Positions 39,604 to 48,413 of a stretch of DNA of 64,000 bases are shown piece after piece. The DNA comes from an uncultured bacterium (GTDB taxonomy: Bacteria; Actinomycetota; Acidimicrobiia; Spongiisociales; UBA5794). The number at the start of each line of letters is the position of its first letter. Within the stretch, counting starts at the first letter, position 1. The translations under genes and the position numbers were made by a program. The stretch is taken from the NCBI GenBank assembly GCA_963801165.1, contig CAWDDT010000013.1, positions 128,001 to 192,000 on the forward strand, read 5' to 3'. Under the pieces are notes generated by a model. The model was not told the origin of the DNA, searched no databases, and saw only the letters and a program-made list of their open reading frames with translations.

Positions 39604-39983
39604 TCAGCTCGCAGCGAACGGACGAGGACCTGCGGATATCGAACTCCGAGTCTGTTCCCAGCGGACCCACGTTCTTGACGCGGAGCGCATTTCTTGCTCG
39701 TGCCGCTGCCGTAGCGTTTGGCACTGCGGCCTTCCTGTTCGGCCTGCCAATGCCCTCCGCTCTGGCGTCGCATAACAGGTGTTGTCATGAATCCACTCCC
39801 CTCTGTTCTTGCTGCAACGGAGACACCTGCTGCGCTTCCGGCTGCACCATCCGGTGCGGCGATTGCCCTGGTGGTGGGTGCTCGTGGACGTGTTGCTACG
39901 GGACTGCGCTTTGGAACTGTAAGGACTGGAACGATCCAGCAGTAGGGAACTGCGTATGCATCGAAGGGTTGAGTCAATGCTAG
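39600..39983 (+). CDS. Secreted Cys-rich peptide (17 Cys in a ~71-aa mature region), in the MauA position
   Basis: ATGA-coupled to the mauD-like gene; Tat-like LTRSAFLA, hydrophobic stretch, ALA|S site; mature region CCHESTPLCSCCNGDTCCASGCTIRCGDCPGGGCSWTCCYGTALWNCKDWNDPAVGNCVCIEGLSQC. Confidence 0.85.
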   Translation: MISSQRTDEDLRISNSESVPSGPTFLTRSAFLARAAAVAFGTAAFLFGLPMPSALASHNRCCHESTPLCSCCNGDTCCASGCTIRCGDCPGGGCSWTCCYGTALWNCKDWNDPAVGNCVCIEGLSQC

Positions 39984-40038
39984 GTGGCCACTGGAAACGA
40001 TCCATCGGCAGCTCGACTTATGACGACATTGGAGCACC

Positions 40039-40740
40039 ATGAACACTGGACTGGTCGCCGTCCTATCGGCCGCAGCAATCACTGCCGCTCTCGTACAGCA
40101 AACACTTCCGTGAGGCGTCAACCTGGCACAAGACACCAGGTTTCCCGAAGGTCTTCGGGGCAGAGCCAAACCAAGACTCATTGCCAGCAGCTGGCACCTC
40201 ATCTTGCTGGGCGCTACCAGCGCACTGGCAGGCGCCGCGATAGGGCTTGGTCTCGGGGCTCTCAGCTCTGTGCTCAATCTGCCTCAACAGGGTTCCGTCG
40301 TTGCAGCTGCGACCCTCGGGATGGTGCTTGGCGGTCGAGAAGTGGCTGGTGCCAGTCTGAATCTGTGGCAGATCGACCGCGAAACACCGCGAGTTTGGGC
40401 AGAACGATCTCCGTTCTCCTGGGCAGTGAGAACGGGAACCCTCATCGGAACAGGGTTCGTCACCCGTATCGGCTACACCGTGTTCTACGTGGCTCCGATC
40501 GGTATCCTTCTTGCAGCAGACTCAATCAGCGGGGCAATCATCCTGGGAGCATACGGTGCCACAAGAGGCTTCTCGTCCCTGGTGCTCAACCGCCGCCTGG
40601 CCCTGGATGCCGGATTCGATACGCTAATGATGATTCTTTTCGGGTTGAGGACTAGAGCTCGGGTCCTCTCTGGAGTGGCGACGACACTCGTTTCCCTCAC
40701 AGGGCTGGCGTGGGCGCTCGTCTCAGCCGCCCAAGCCTAG
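40039..40740 (+). CDS. MauF/DsbD-like membrane protein with in-frame TGA (candidate selenoprotein, 233 aa)
   Basis: GGAG RBS then ATG 40039, in frame with the 40204-40740 ORF: MNTGLVAVLSAAAITAALVQQTLP-TGA-GVNL... Downstream motifs WQIDRETPRVW, GTLIGTGFVTRI and YGATRG match MauF-like proteins. Confidence 0.75.
40114..40160 (+). promoter_or_regulatory. Candidate bacterial SECIS element
   Basis: Directly after TGA 40111-40113: hairpin AACCTGG-cacaagaca-CCAGGTT (40120-40142), then CCCGA-AGGTCT-TCGGG (40144-40159). Confidence 0.5.
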
Positions 40741-41118
40741 AAACCAGGGGATCCCTTTGGTGTTCGTTGCGCACCCAAGCCCGACGTTGACGGCGAACCG
40801 GTCTTGTTTGGGCCTGTGAGCGTCGTCGTAGACGCGACCGGATCCTCGGTAGCAGGTTCGATTGTTCACAATCTGGGCGACAACGTGGGGACCGTGTACC
40901 ACAATAATCCGGAGCGAGCGAGGTCTCGGAGCGCTCCATTCCGTTTGGGAGGAGGGCCGAGCATCGCCAAACATAGTTGTGCGCTCAAGGAGTCGGATCG
41001 GTCAACGGTGCCCTAGATCACCTACCGCCCCGCACGTTATCGCACCAGCGTCCGGCAACCGGCAGTCGGCGCTGGCAAGACAGTGTCTGGATCGGGCTAG
41101 GCGTGGAGTGCCCGTATG

Positions 41119-43866
41119 TCAGCGGCCGATGTCGGGGATGTGCCGGGTCCAGGCGTGCTCGGTGATGTGGCGTTGCCTGGCGGTTTCGATGCTCTGGTTA
41201 ATCTGCTGCCAAATGCGGTTGTCGTCGGGGCTGAGATCCGGCTTGTCGTCGTGGTCGGTTGGGTGCGTTGCTTCTTGCTGATCGCCTCCGAGCTGGCTGT
41301 GTCCGAGCGAGGGGTTCAACACCCTGTCGGCTTCGAGGCGCGTTCGTTGGGTGATGGCGGGCTCGTCGATCCAATCCCGGATGATGGCTTGGGTGAGGAT
41401 ATCGGCTGCCGTTTCGCCTTCGTTGGTGACGACGTAGGCGTGGTTGGAGCTTCGGCCGCGGGTCAGCGGCGTGTAGAGACCGCGGCCGTCGACGGGGCCG
41501 TCAACGAGGAGGAGACCGGTGTCGACGGTGCGGCCTTGGGTGGCATGGCTGGTCTGCGCATAGCCAAGCTCGAGATCCTCAGCGGCGTAGTCGGCGGGAA
41601 GACGCACCCTGCCCGAGCGTCCGGTGACGGTGACGGCGCCGTCGGTGTGGATAGCTTCGATCGTCCAGTGGTCCCGGTTCTTGACCATGGCGCCGCGGTC
41701 GGTGCGCAGGGTGCGCTGGTTACGGCGGGTAACCACCTCGTCGCCGACGAGCAGCCGCTCACGGGCAACGTCGAGGGCCGGCCCGTCCGGGTCGAGCTCA
41801 CCGGCGTCGATGCGTCTCTGTTGGGCATGCTGGTTGAGCCGGTTGACGGTGTGGTTGGTGTTGGCCATCAACGCCACCGACTCGCCCCGCCGCCGCGCCT
41901 GATACCAGGCGTCGACGACGGCGGCCTCCATCTCGTTGGGGGTGCCGTCGTGGAGGCGACCGTGACGCTGATACTCGCCGAGCACGCCGATGTCGCCTTG
42001 GCGGAGACGCCGGGTGGCGTCGGCTTCCCAGTCGTGGGTGAAGCGGTGGATGTGGTCAAGTTCGATGGCACCACAGGTGTCGATGAGGTGGGCGAACATG
42101 CCGCCCCGACCAACAGCGGAGAACTGGCGGGGATCACCCACCATCACCACCCGCCATCCTTTCACGTCGGCGAGATCGACGAATGCCGCGAGTTTCGGGG
42201 TGGAGACGGTGCCGGCTTCATCAACGATCACCGTCGAACCCCGCGGCAAATCGTATCCCGGTTGTGGTGGCCGGTCGGGCCGGGAGTGTTCGTAGAGGAG
42301 CTTGTCCAGCGTGTCGGCCATCATGGTGGTTTCTGCGGCGAGCACCTCGGCGGCCGCTGCGGTGGCTGCCACCCCGAACACCGTCTGGCCGCGGTGCTGT
42401 AGGTAGGCGACGGCGGGGGTGAGGGCGACGGTCTTGCCGGATCCGGCGGGTCCGACGATCAGCTCCAACGGTACGCTACCGGCTACTGCCCGACACGCTT
42501 CGGACTGGCCCACACTCAAACCGGCCGTATCGAGACCCCGACGTGGGGTGTTGATGATGTCGGCGAAACGGCGCAGGCGTTGAGCCCATTCCACGATCCG
42601 TTCCTCCTCCTCAAGAATCGCTCCGGTGGTGAGGGCCCGGTCGACGGCGGCTTCGGCGATGGGGCGCCCATCACGGCGCAACACGGCACCAGACGGCACG
42701 GGTGGGGACAGGTCGACACAGCGGTCCGCCGCAACACGGTTGGCGAGGTCCTGCAGGAAGCTGCACAGACGATCCGGTTCGACGGTGACATTGGTGGGGA
42801 CCTGGGCGGCGAGCTCACGGACCAGCTCGGCGGGACGCCACGTCGACTGCCGCTCCCCCAAAGCCTCCAACGCCCCCTCCACCATCCCTGTCATTGTCGC
42901 CTGGTCGATGCCCGCCGCCCGACGGACCCGACCCACCGCGCCCACGGCGATGTCGTGTGGCTCGAAACCGCGAGCGGCCGCCCGCATCCGCCACCCGGCA
43001 TGCAACTCGCCCGCAGCGTGATCGTGAGTCTTAGCGGGGCGACTATCGAGCACGGCTTCGCGTTCCAAGCGCCACCGCTCCCGTCCAGTCGGTTCCCGCC
43101 CGAGGTCGCTGCGGAACCGAACCAGTTTTCCGCCAACCCGCTGCTCGACGTCATGGCTGCGTTGGGAGAACTCGGCCAGTATCTCCGCATCGACACCGAC
43201 CATCTCGGCAATCCCATTGTCAGGTTGGTGCCATCGGACACCGAGGCGGCGGGTCAGCTCGGCCCGTAGCCCGGCGTGATACAACCCCGACAGGGTCCGC
43301 TGATCCATCTTGATGGTGCGGGCATCGAGCGCCAACCACCGTCCGTCCGGAGCCTTGACTCTGTTGGCGATCACCGCATGGGTATGCAGCTGCGGGTCGA
43401 GGCGACGGCTGGTGTGCTGACGAAACACCCCCACCACGATCCCTTCGGCGTCAACACACATCACATGACCCCGCCGCCGCATCCTCGTGTGCGCTTGGGA
43501 CTCGACCCAACCCAACACCGCGTCGACCGCCTGGCCATGCGCCTCGGTCACCTGTGCCCTGAGGTGTTCGTCGCCCATGGCGAACAGCACCGACACCGAC
43601 TTCGGCGCCGAAAAGGTCGCATCGAACCCCCGCACCGAGTCATCCCCGAAGCGGCGACCCAACCGCTCCCCCGTCGTCGGATGCAATCCGGCCATCACCG
43701 CCAGAAACGCCTCATCCTCGACCACACCATCCAGACCCAACTCGGCGGCGCCGTATCCGAACCAGCGACCCGGCGGCTCACCACTGTCGAGGTAGTACGA
43801 CGGGAGCTGCTCGGTGTAATAGCGACCCGCCTCGGCACCTTTCAACGTCGTCACCCGCACCGTCAC
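41119..43866 (-). CDS. mobF: MobF (TrwC-type) relaxase-helicase
   Basis: N-terminal YY..YY, FDATFSAPKSVS, HTSRRLDPQLHTHAVI (HUH), EFSQRS; helicase motifs GPAGSGKT, VDEAG, VGDPRQ, GYAQTSHATQGRT. Confidence 0.95.
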   Translation of the reverse strand: MTVRVTTLKGAEAGRYYTEQLPSYYLDSGEPPGRWFGYGAAELGLDGVVEDEAFLAVMAGLHPTTGERLGRRFGDDSVRGFDATFSAPKSVSVLFAMGDEHLRAQVTEAHGQAVDAVLGWVESQAHTRMRRRGHVMCVDAEGIVVGVFRQHTSRRLDPQLHTHAVIANRVKAPDGRWLALDARTIKMDQRTLSGLYHAGLRAELTRRLGVRWHQPDNGIAEMVGVDAEILAEFSQRSHDVEQRVGGKLVRFRSDLGREPTGRERWRLEREAVLDSRPAKTHDHAAGELHAGWRMRAAARGFEPHDIAVGAVGRVRRAAGIDQATMTGMVEGALEALGERQSTWRPAELVRELAAQVPTNVTVEPDRLCSFLQDLANRVAADRCVDLSPPVPSGAVLRRDGRPIAEAAVDRALTTGAILEEEERIVEWAQRLRRFADIINTPRRGLDTAGLSVGQSEACRAVAGSVPLELIVGPAGSGKTVALTPAVAYLQHRGQTVFGVAATAAAAEVLAAETTMMADTLDKLLYEHSRPDRPPQPGYDLPRGSTVIVDEAGTVSTPKLAAFVDLADVKGWRVVMVGDPRQFSAVGRGGMFAHLIDTCGAIELDHIHRFTHDWEADATRRLRQGDIGVLGEYQRHGRLHDGTPNEMEAAVVDAWYQARRRGESVALMANTNHTVNRLNQHAQQRRIDAGELDPDGPALDVARERLLVGDEVVTRRNQRTLRTDRGAMVKNRDHWTIEAIHTDGAVTVTGRSGRVRLPADYAAEDLELGYAQTSHATQGRTVDTGLLLVDGPVDGRGLYTPLTRGRSSNHAYVVTNEGETAADILTQAIIRDWIDEPAITQRTRLEADRVLNPSLGHSQLGGDQQEATHPTDHDDKPDLSPDDNRIWQQINQSIETARQRHITEHAWTRHIPDIGR

Positions 43867-43962
43867 CCTGCCACCCCCACCCTGTCACGGCAGGTGTGCA
43901 CTCGTCTGTTGCTCTTGGGCCGGTGCAGGAGGTGCGTGGACGTGGGCATCGGTACTCCGCTC

Positions 43963-44367
43963 TCAGTCGGCGGTGGCTACTCGGTCGAAGAGATCGAGTT
44001 GGTCGGTAGTAGCGCGTTGGCGAGTTCGCGACCGTCGGCTGGTGGTTGTGACGGTTGCAGGATCGGGGTTGGCGGGAAGTTCTGGACCCATCGCCGCTCG
44101 GGCCTGCGGCGTCCCCGTGGACTCCGGGTCGTCGTTGCTGCTGGAGACGTCCACGCTCGACAGGTCGGCACCGATCATCTCCTCGAGGGCTGAGCGTGGC
44201 ACCCGCAACACGTGACCGAGATCGACTACCGGCAGCCCGGAGTGACCGCCGGTCTCCCGCCACTCCCGCGCCATGGCATACGCCTTGGTGCGCCCGATCC
44301 GCAACAGCTCTCCGGCCTCTTCGACCGTCAGCAGCAACGGAATCGGTACCCCATTCACAATATACAA
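43963..44367 (-). CDS. Excisionase-like HTH protein (start uncertain)
   Basis: LLTVEEAGELLRIGRTKAYAMA...LPVVDLGHVLRVPRSAL; divergent from the XRE gene. Confidence 0.85.
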   Translation of the reverse strand: MYIVNGVPIPLLLTVEEAGELLRIGRTKAYAMAREWRETGGHSGLPVVDLGHVLRVPRSALEEMIGADLSSVDVSSSNDDPESTGTPQARAAMGPELPANPDPATVTTTSRRSRTRQRATTDQLDLFDRVATAD

Positions 44368-44453
44368 CCTTTGCAGGCACTACTCATAGACAGTATGATA
44401 GCAGCGTGCTCACACATTTCACACACAAGCGTCATGTTGTGTACGATACGGAG

Positions 44454-45197
44454 ATGCCCGCACATCCAGATCCACCACCCAGCGGCGAGGTCGACCTCAA
44501 CCAGATCGTCGCCTACAACCTGCGCGAAGCCCGCCAACTACGCGGATGGACCCAAGAAGGGCTCGCCGACCGGCTCGAGCCCTACCTCGGCCAACGCCTC
44601 ACCCAGGCCGGCATCTCCTCGATGGAAAGGGCCTGGGACGGAGACCGCCGACGAGAGTTCGACGCACACGAACTGCTGATCTTCGCCATGGTGTTCGACC
44701 TCCCCATGCTCTACTTCCTACTCCCCCCACCCGGCGACCGCCGCCGCCTTCAAGCCACCAGCGCCCAAGTCAACCATCTGTACGCCTGGCTCCTCGGCCG
44801 GCACGGACAGGTTGAACCGGTGTACGAACGGCTCCGCCAGCTCGGCATCACCGACCCCACCGCAGCCGAAGAGACCGTCGAGAAGATCACCGGGATCCCC
44901 GGCGCAGCAAAGCAGTGGAGCTACCGGGAACGGCGCAAGGAGCTGCTCCTCGCCATCCTCAACGAGCACGCCGACGACTTCGACAAGAACATCGAAGAAC
45001 TGGGACGCATCGTCGACCACCTCCGCCAGGTCGGCATCCGCGGCTTCGTCGCCGAACACACCCACGACGAAGACTTCACCTACCGAGAAGGCCACCCACC
45101 ACGGACGGTACGTCAGGACCCTCTCGTTAGCCGTGAGAACGAGGCAGCACGAGACGACTCAAGCGATGAGAGGGCGACACCGGGAGGTAGGCCGTGA
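44454..45197 (+). CDS. XRE-family transcriptional regulator
   Basis: Start at MPAHPD; VAYNLREARQLRGWTQEGLADRL...QAGISSMER; overlaps the integrase start (GTGA). Confidence 0.88.
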   Translation: MPAHPDPPPSGEVDLNQIVAYNLREARQLRGWTQEGLADRLEPYLGQRLTQAGISSMERAWDGDRRREFDAHELLIFAMVFDLPMLYFLLPPPGDRRRLQATSAQVNHLYAWLLGRHGQVEPVYERLRQLGITDPTAAEETVEKITGIPGAAKQWSYRERRKELLLAILNEHADDFDKNIEELGRIVDHLRQVGIRGFVAEHTHDEDFTYREGHPPRTVRQDPLVSRENEAARDDSSDERATPGGRP

Positions 45198-46393
45198 GGC
45201 GTCGAGGGCACATCGCCCGGAAGGGCCGGAAGTTCTACGCAGTCGTCGACCTTGGGCGCGACGAGCTGAGCCGCAGGCGCCGTCGGCGATGGTCACGCGG
45301 GTTCGAGACGGAGAGCGAGGCCGACGCCGAGCTCGTCCGGCTCCTCCACTCCCTCGACCAAGGCGACTCGATCGAGCGAACCAAGCTCACCGTCGAGCGG
45401 TACCTCTTGGAGCGGTGGCTCCCCATTGCCGAAGGAAACCTGGCGGTTACCACGCAGAAGGAGTACCGGGTGACCGTGACGGCGTACGTCGTCCCTCACA
45501 TCGGGCATCTTCGGCTCAATCGAGTCGATGCCACAACGATCGACCGACTGTACGTGAAACTGCGCAGGGAGGGTGGCCGCGATGGTCGCCCGCTGTCCGC
45601 CAAGACGGTCCGGAACATCCATGGTGTGCTGTCGGCGGCGTTCGGGTTCGCCGTCAAGAAAGGCCTGCTCACCCGCAACCCGGTGGCGCTCGCCGAAACA
45701 CCGGACGCGGGGCGACCCGACACGGCTCCACCGTGGACCGCCCAAGAGCTTCGGTCCTTCATCAACCACGTCGACGGTGACCGCCTGGAAGCGCTGTGGT
45801 GGATGATCCCGTTCACCGGGATGCGCCGCTCCGAGGCGCTTGGCCTCGCCTGGGACGACGTGGATCTCGACCGCGGGACGATCGCCGTGACCCATACGGT
45901 CGTGGACGCCGACGGTGGACCAGTAAGGCGCCGCGACACCAAGACGCGGCAAAGCCGACGCCCGATCTCGCTCGACGTCGACACGCTGGGAAAGGTCCGC
46001 GAGCATCGCCGCCGTCAGCTCGAGGAGCGGATGTTCGTAGGCGCCGGCTACAACGACATCGGTCTCGTGTTCTGCCGCCCCGACGGGTCGACGCTGCGTC
46101 CCGATTGGGTATCACGACGCTTCGCAAGGATCAGAGACGAGGCCGGTCTACGGCGAATCACCCTTCGCGATCTCCGTCACGTATGGGCGACACTCGCCCT
46201 GGAGTCAGGCATCCACCCCAAAGTCGTCCAGGAACGGCTCGGCCACTCCTCGATCGCCATGACAATGGACCAGTACTCACACGTCATCGAAGGTCTCGAC
46301 CGCCAAGCAGCGGCCACGGTGGCCGACCTGGTGCTCCGACCTTCTACCCAGACTTCTACCCAACCCCCCGCCATCGGACGCGATCAGGCATAA
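45194..46393 (+). CDS. int: Tyrosine recombinase/integrase
   Basis: Arm-binding N-terminus, TGMRRSEALGL, RDLRH (R replaces the usual H of HxLRH), QERLGHS, catalytic Y in DQYSH; next to attR. Confidence 0.95.
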   Translation: MRRRGHIARKGRKFYAVVDLGRDELSRRRRRRWSRGFETESEADAELVRLLHSLDQGDSIERTKLTVERYLLERWLPIAEGNLAVTTQKEYRVTVTAYVVPHIGHLRLNRVDATTIDRLYVKLRREGGRDGRPLSAKTVRNIHGVLSAAFGFAVKKGLLTRNPVALAETPDAGRPDTAPPWTAQELRSFINHVDGDRLEALWWMIPFTGMRRSEALGLAWDDVDLDRGTIAVTHTVVDADGGPVRRRDTKTRQSRRPISLDVDTLGKVREHRRRQLEERMFVGAGYNDIGLVFCRPDGSTLRPDWVSRRFARIRDEAGLRRITLRDLRHVWATLALESGIHPKVVQERLGHSSIAMTMDQYSHVIEGLDRQAAATVADLVLRPSTQTSTQPPAIGRDQA

Positions 46394-46476
46394 CGCGTTG
46401 ACATACGCTTCCGAGCAAACCCTTGCCGTGCAATGCTTCTCGACAGTGGACAACACCCGGCGGGATGAAGCGTCCT

Positions 46477-46531
46477 AGGTTTAGGTCCTGGTGAGCAATG
46501 CTCGTGGGGGTTCGAGTCCCTTCGCCCGCAC
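46477..46531 (+). repeat. attR: displaced 3' half of tRNA-Leu
   Basis: AGGTTTAGGTCCTGGTGAGCAATGCTCGTGGGGGTTCGAGTCCCTTCGCCCGCAC matches 33900-33955 except in the variable arm. Confidence 0.93.
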
Positions 46532-46546
46532 CTACTCGGCCGGCAC

Positions 46547-46996
46547 CTATTCGATGGGGTCGTTCAGCAACGTCGCCAGGATGTGCTCGTCGTCGCCGGC
46601 GAGCAGAAGCCGGTACACCCAGCCCCAGAGCCGCTGATGCTCGGCGCCAAAACGCAGTGTCCGCTCCCACTCCTCGACATATGCGAGCGAACTGCTGAGC
46701 AGATCATCGAGCGCATGGGCTAGGGAATCACCGACACCGGAGATCGGCGGCCCGAATACCAGCGAGACCTCGACCTGGACATGTGTCTTGTCACCCGCTG
46801 GAGCCATTGTGGCCCGGAAAGGAAACAGCTCCTCGAGCCGTGACTCGAGCTCGGTGCGGGTGTCGACCTCGAACGGCTCGGTGCTGACCGGGGAGGCGTC
46901 GCAGTGGAACTCGATCGGCCGGTGATGGGCGAGCACATCGAGCACGGCGCCGATGTCGGGTTGGGGGATGTGTGGCTTGACCGCTAGGAGTGTCAT
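46547..46996 (-). CDS. Hypothetical protein, resembles PHD-like/HicB-like antitoxins
   Basis: PISGVGDSLAHALDDL...AYVEEW..L....H...WG.V..L....D pattern recalls actinobacterial PHD_like antitoxins. Confidence 0.5.
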   Translation of the reverse strand: MTLLAVKPHIPQPDIGAVLDVLAHHRPIEFHCDASPVSTEPFEVDTRTELESRLEELFPFRATMAPAGDKTHVQVEVSLVFGPPISGVGDSLAHALDDLLSSSLAYVEEWERTLRFGAEHQRLWGWVYRLLLAGDDEHILATLLNDPIE

Positions 46997-47191
46997 CAGG
47001 ATTGTCCTTGGTCACGGCCGGGTTGTCCGGTGAACCGACCATCTTGATACTTCTGTCGGCGTGCTCGGCGATGACTTGAGGAACCATGCCTACGGTGACC
47101 GATCCCGGGCCACGTGCGGGGAGAATTGAACGAGGCGCGCAATCACCCAGGGGCGAATGGCATTGGCACCATCCACCCCTGGGTGATCAGT

Positions 47192-47353
47192 TCATCGCCG
47201 CTTGGACGCACTCTCGACATCGGGAAGCTGGTAGTCAACACAGATACACTTCGGCACCGTGCACCCTCGCTCCAACTTGTGCTCGACCCGCGGATGTCCG
47301 CAGCCGGCGCAACGTTGTCGCCCACCATCGGCTGGTCGAGAGTGGTTACTCAC
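47192..47353 (-). CDS. Unannotated 53-aa Cys/His zinc-finger-like protein
   Basis: GTGA overlap with the RRM gene stop; MSNHSRPADGGRQRCAGCGHPRVEHKLERGCTVPKCICVDYQLPDVESASKRR. Confidence 0.6.
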   Translation of the reverse strand: MSNHSRPADGGRQRCAGCGHPRVEHKLERGCTVPKCICVDYQLPDVESASKRR

Positions 47354-47606
47354 CGGGAACGCTCTTTGGCCTGGTTCACCTTGAGATCGCGGCCGTCGAC
47401 GTTGCGACCGTTGAGCGCACCGATAGCCGCCGCGGCGTCATCGGCAGAAGCCATTTCGACGAACCCGAATCCGCGTGCGAGCGGCCGGTGTCGCGATCGG
47501 TGATCACATGGGCATCGGTCACTTCACCGTGCTCAGCGAAGAGAGCTTCCAGGTCGGATGATTTGGTAGAGAACGCGAGGTTCCCCACATAGATGTTGGT
47601 AGACAC
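47350..47606 (-). pseudogene. RRM RNA-binding protein gene with a frameshift (or sequencing error)
   Basis: AAGGAG RBS, GTG start, IYVGNL (RNP2), DRDTGRS, two extra nt near 47477, then RGFGFVEM (RNP1)...LNG..VDGRDLKVNQAKER*. Confidence 0.85.
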
Positions 47607-47831
47607 GACAATGCTCCTTTGAGCCTCAAACCGTCGAATAGGGGCTGACCGCCCGCACTGATCCGCGGCCGAGACCGGTACGTAGCACCGGCGAAAAAGT
47701 CGCACTGTCCTGCGGTGACCTCACCCTGACGGAAACTAGAAAGGCGAGGTCGGCGTTGCACGCCTTGTGCGTGCTCACCACCAAGCGTAGCGCGATTTCG
47801 TTGATGACGACATCCGTTTCTCATCCAGCCG

Positions 47832-48413
47832 TCAGCCGCGGGCGACTAGATGGGCCAGCGCTCGCAACGCCCGGGCCCGATGAGAGGTCTCGTTCTTGTC
47901 TGCGGTGGCCATCTCGGCAAAGGTCTGATCACCGACGAGAAACACCGGGTCGTAGCCGAACCCGTTGTTCCCCCGGCGCTCATTGGTGATCTCGCCTTCC
48001 ATGACACCATCGACGATGACCTCCTCACCCGTCTCGTCGATCACCGCCATGACAGTGCGGAAACGGGCCGATCGGTTGGTGACCCCATCCATCTCGGCCA
48101 GCAGCTTCGTGACGTTGTCGTCGTAGGTGGCGTTCGCACCGGCGTAGCGGGCCGCAAAGACACCAGGCGCGCCTCCGAGCGCGTCCACCTCGAGACCCGT
48201 GTCATCTGCGATCACCGCATACCCGGTGTGGGCTCGGACCGCTCTGGCCTTGAGCATCGCATTCCCCTCCAGGGTCGTCTCGGTCTCCTCGACGTCGGGC
48301 CACTCGGCGTTCTCGACCAGCTCGAAGTCGAGCCCGGTGCCCACCAACACGTCGCGGATCTCGGCGATCTTGTGTGGGTTCTTCGACGCGATGACCACAT
48401 GGGACAGCTTCAT
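47832..48413 (-). CDS. rdgB: Non-canonical purine NTP pyrophosphatase
   Basis: [38 protein letters not shown]. Confidence 0.96.
   Translation of the reverse strand: MKLSHVVIASKNPHKIAEIRDVLVGTGLDFELVENAEWPDVEETETTLEGNAMLKARAVRAHTGYAVIADDTGLEVDALGGAPGVFAARYAGANATYDDNVTKLLAEMDGVTNRSARFRTVMAVIDETGEEVIVDGVMEGEITNERRGNNGFGYDPVFLVGDQTFAEMATADKNETSHRARALRALAHLVARG

Larger units (their letters stand above)
33900..46531. mobile_element. Integrative mobilizable element (~12.6 kb) in tRNA-Leu(TAG)
   Basis: The 3' half of the tRNA is duplicated at 46477-46531. The element encodes a tyrosine integrase, XRE regulator, excisionase-like protein and MobF relaxase. No T4SS, coupling protein or phage structural genes. 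The cargo is visibly more AT-rich than the flanks. Confidence 0.93.

Noticed and set aside
39600-39983. Lanthipeptide or radical-SAM RiPP precursor
   Set aside because: No LanB/C/M, YcaO, radical SAM enzyme or peptidase-ABC transporter in the element.
39984-40655. 223-aa ORF after the Cys-rich peptide
   Set aside because: Arg/Ser-rich off-frame product overlapping the MauF-like gene, which is far better supported.
37781-40740. Complete methylamine/aromatic amine dehydrogenase
   Set aside because: No MauG (no CxxCH proteins), no cupredoxin, no MauB in the operon, and the peptide lacks the MauA C-terminal region.
33900-46531. Prophage or self-transmissible ICE
   Set aside because: No capsid, terminase, tail, VirB4/VirD4 or TraB genes.
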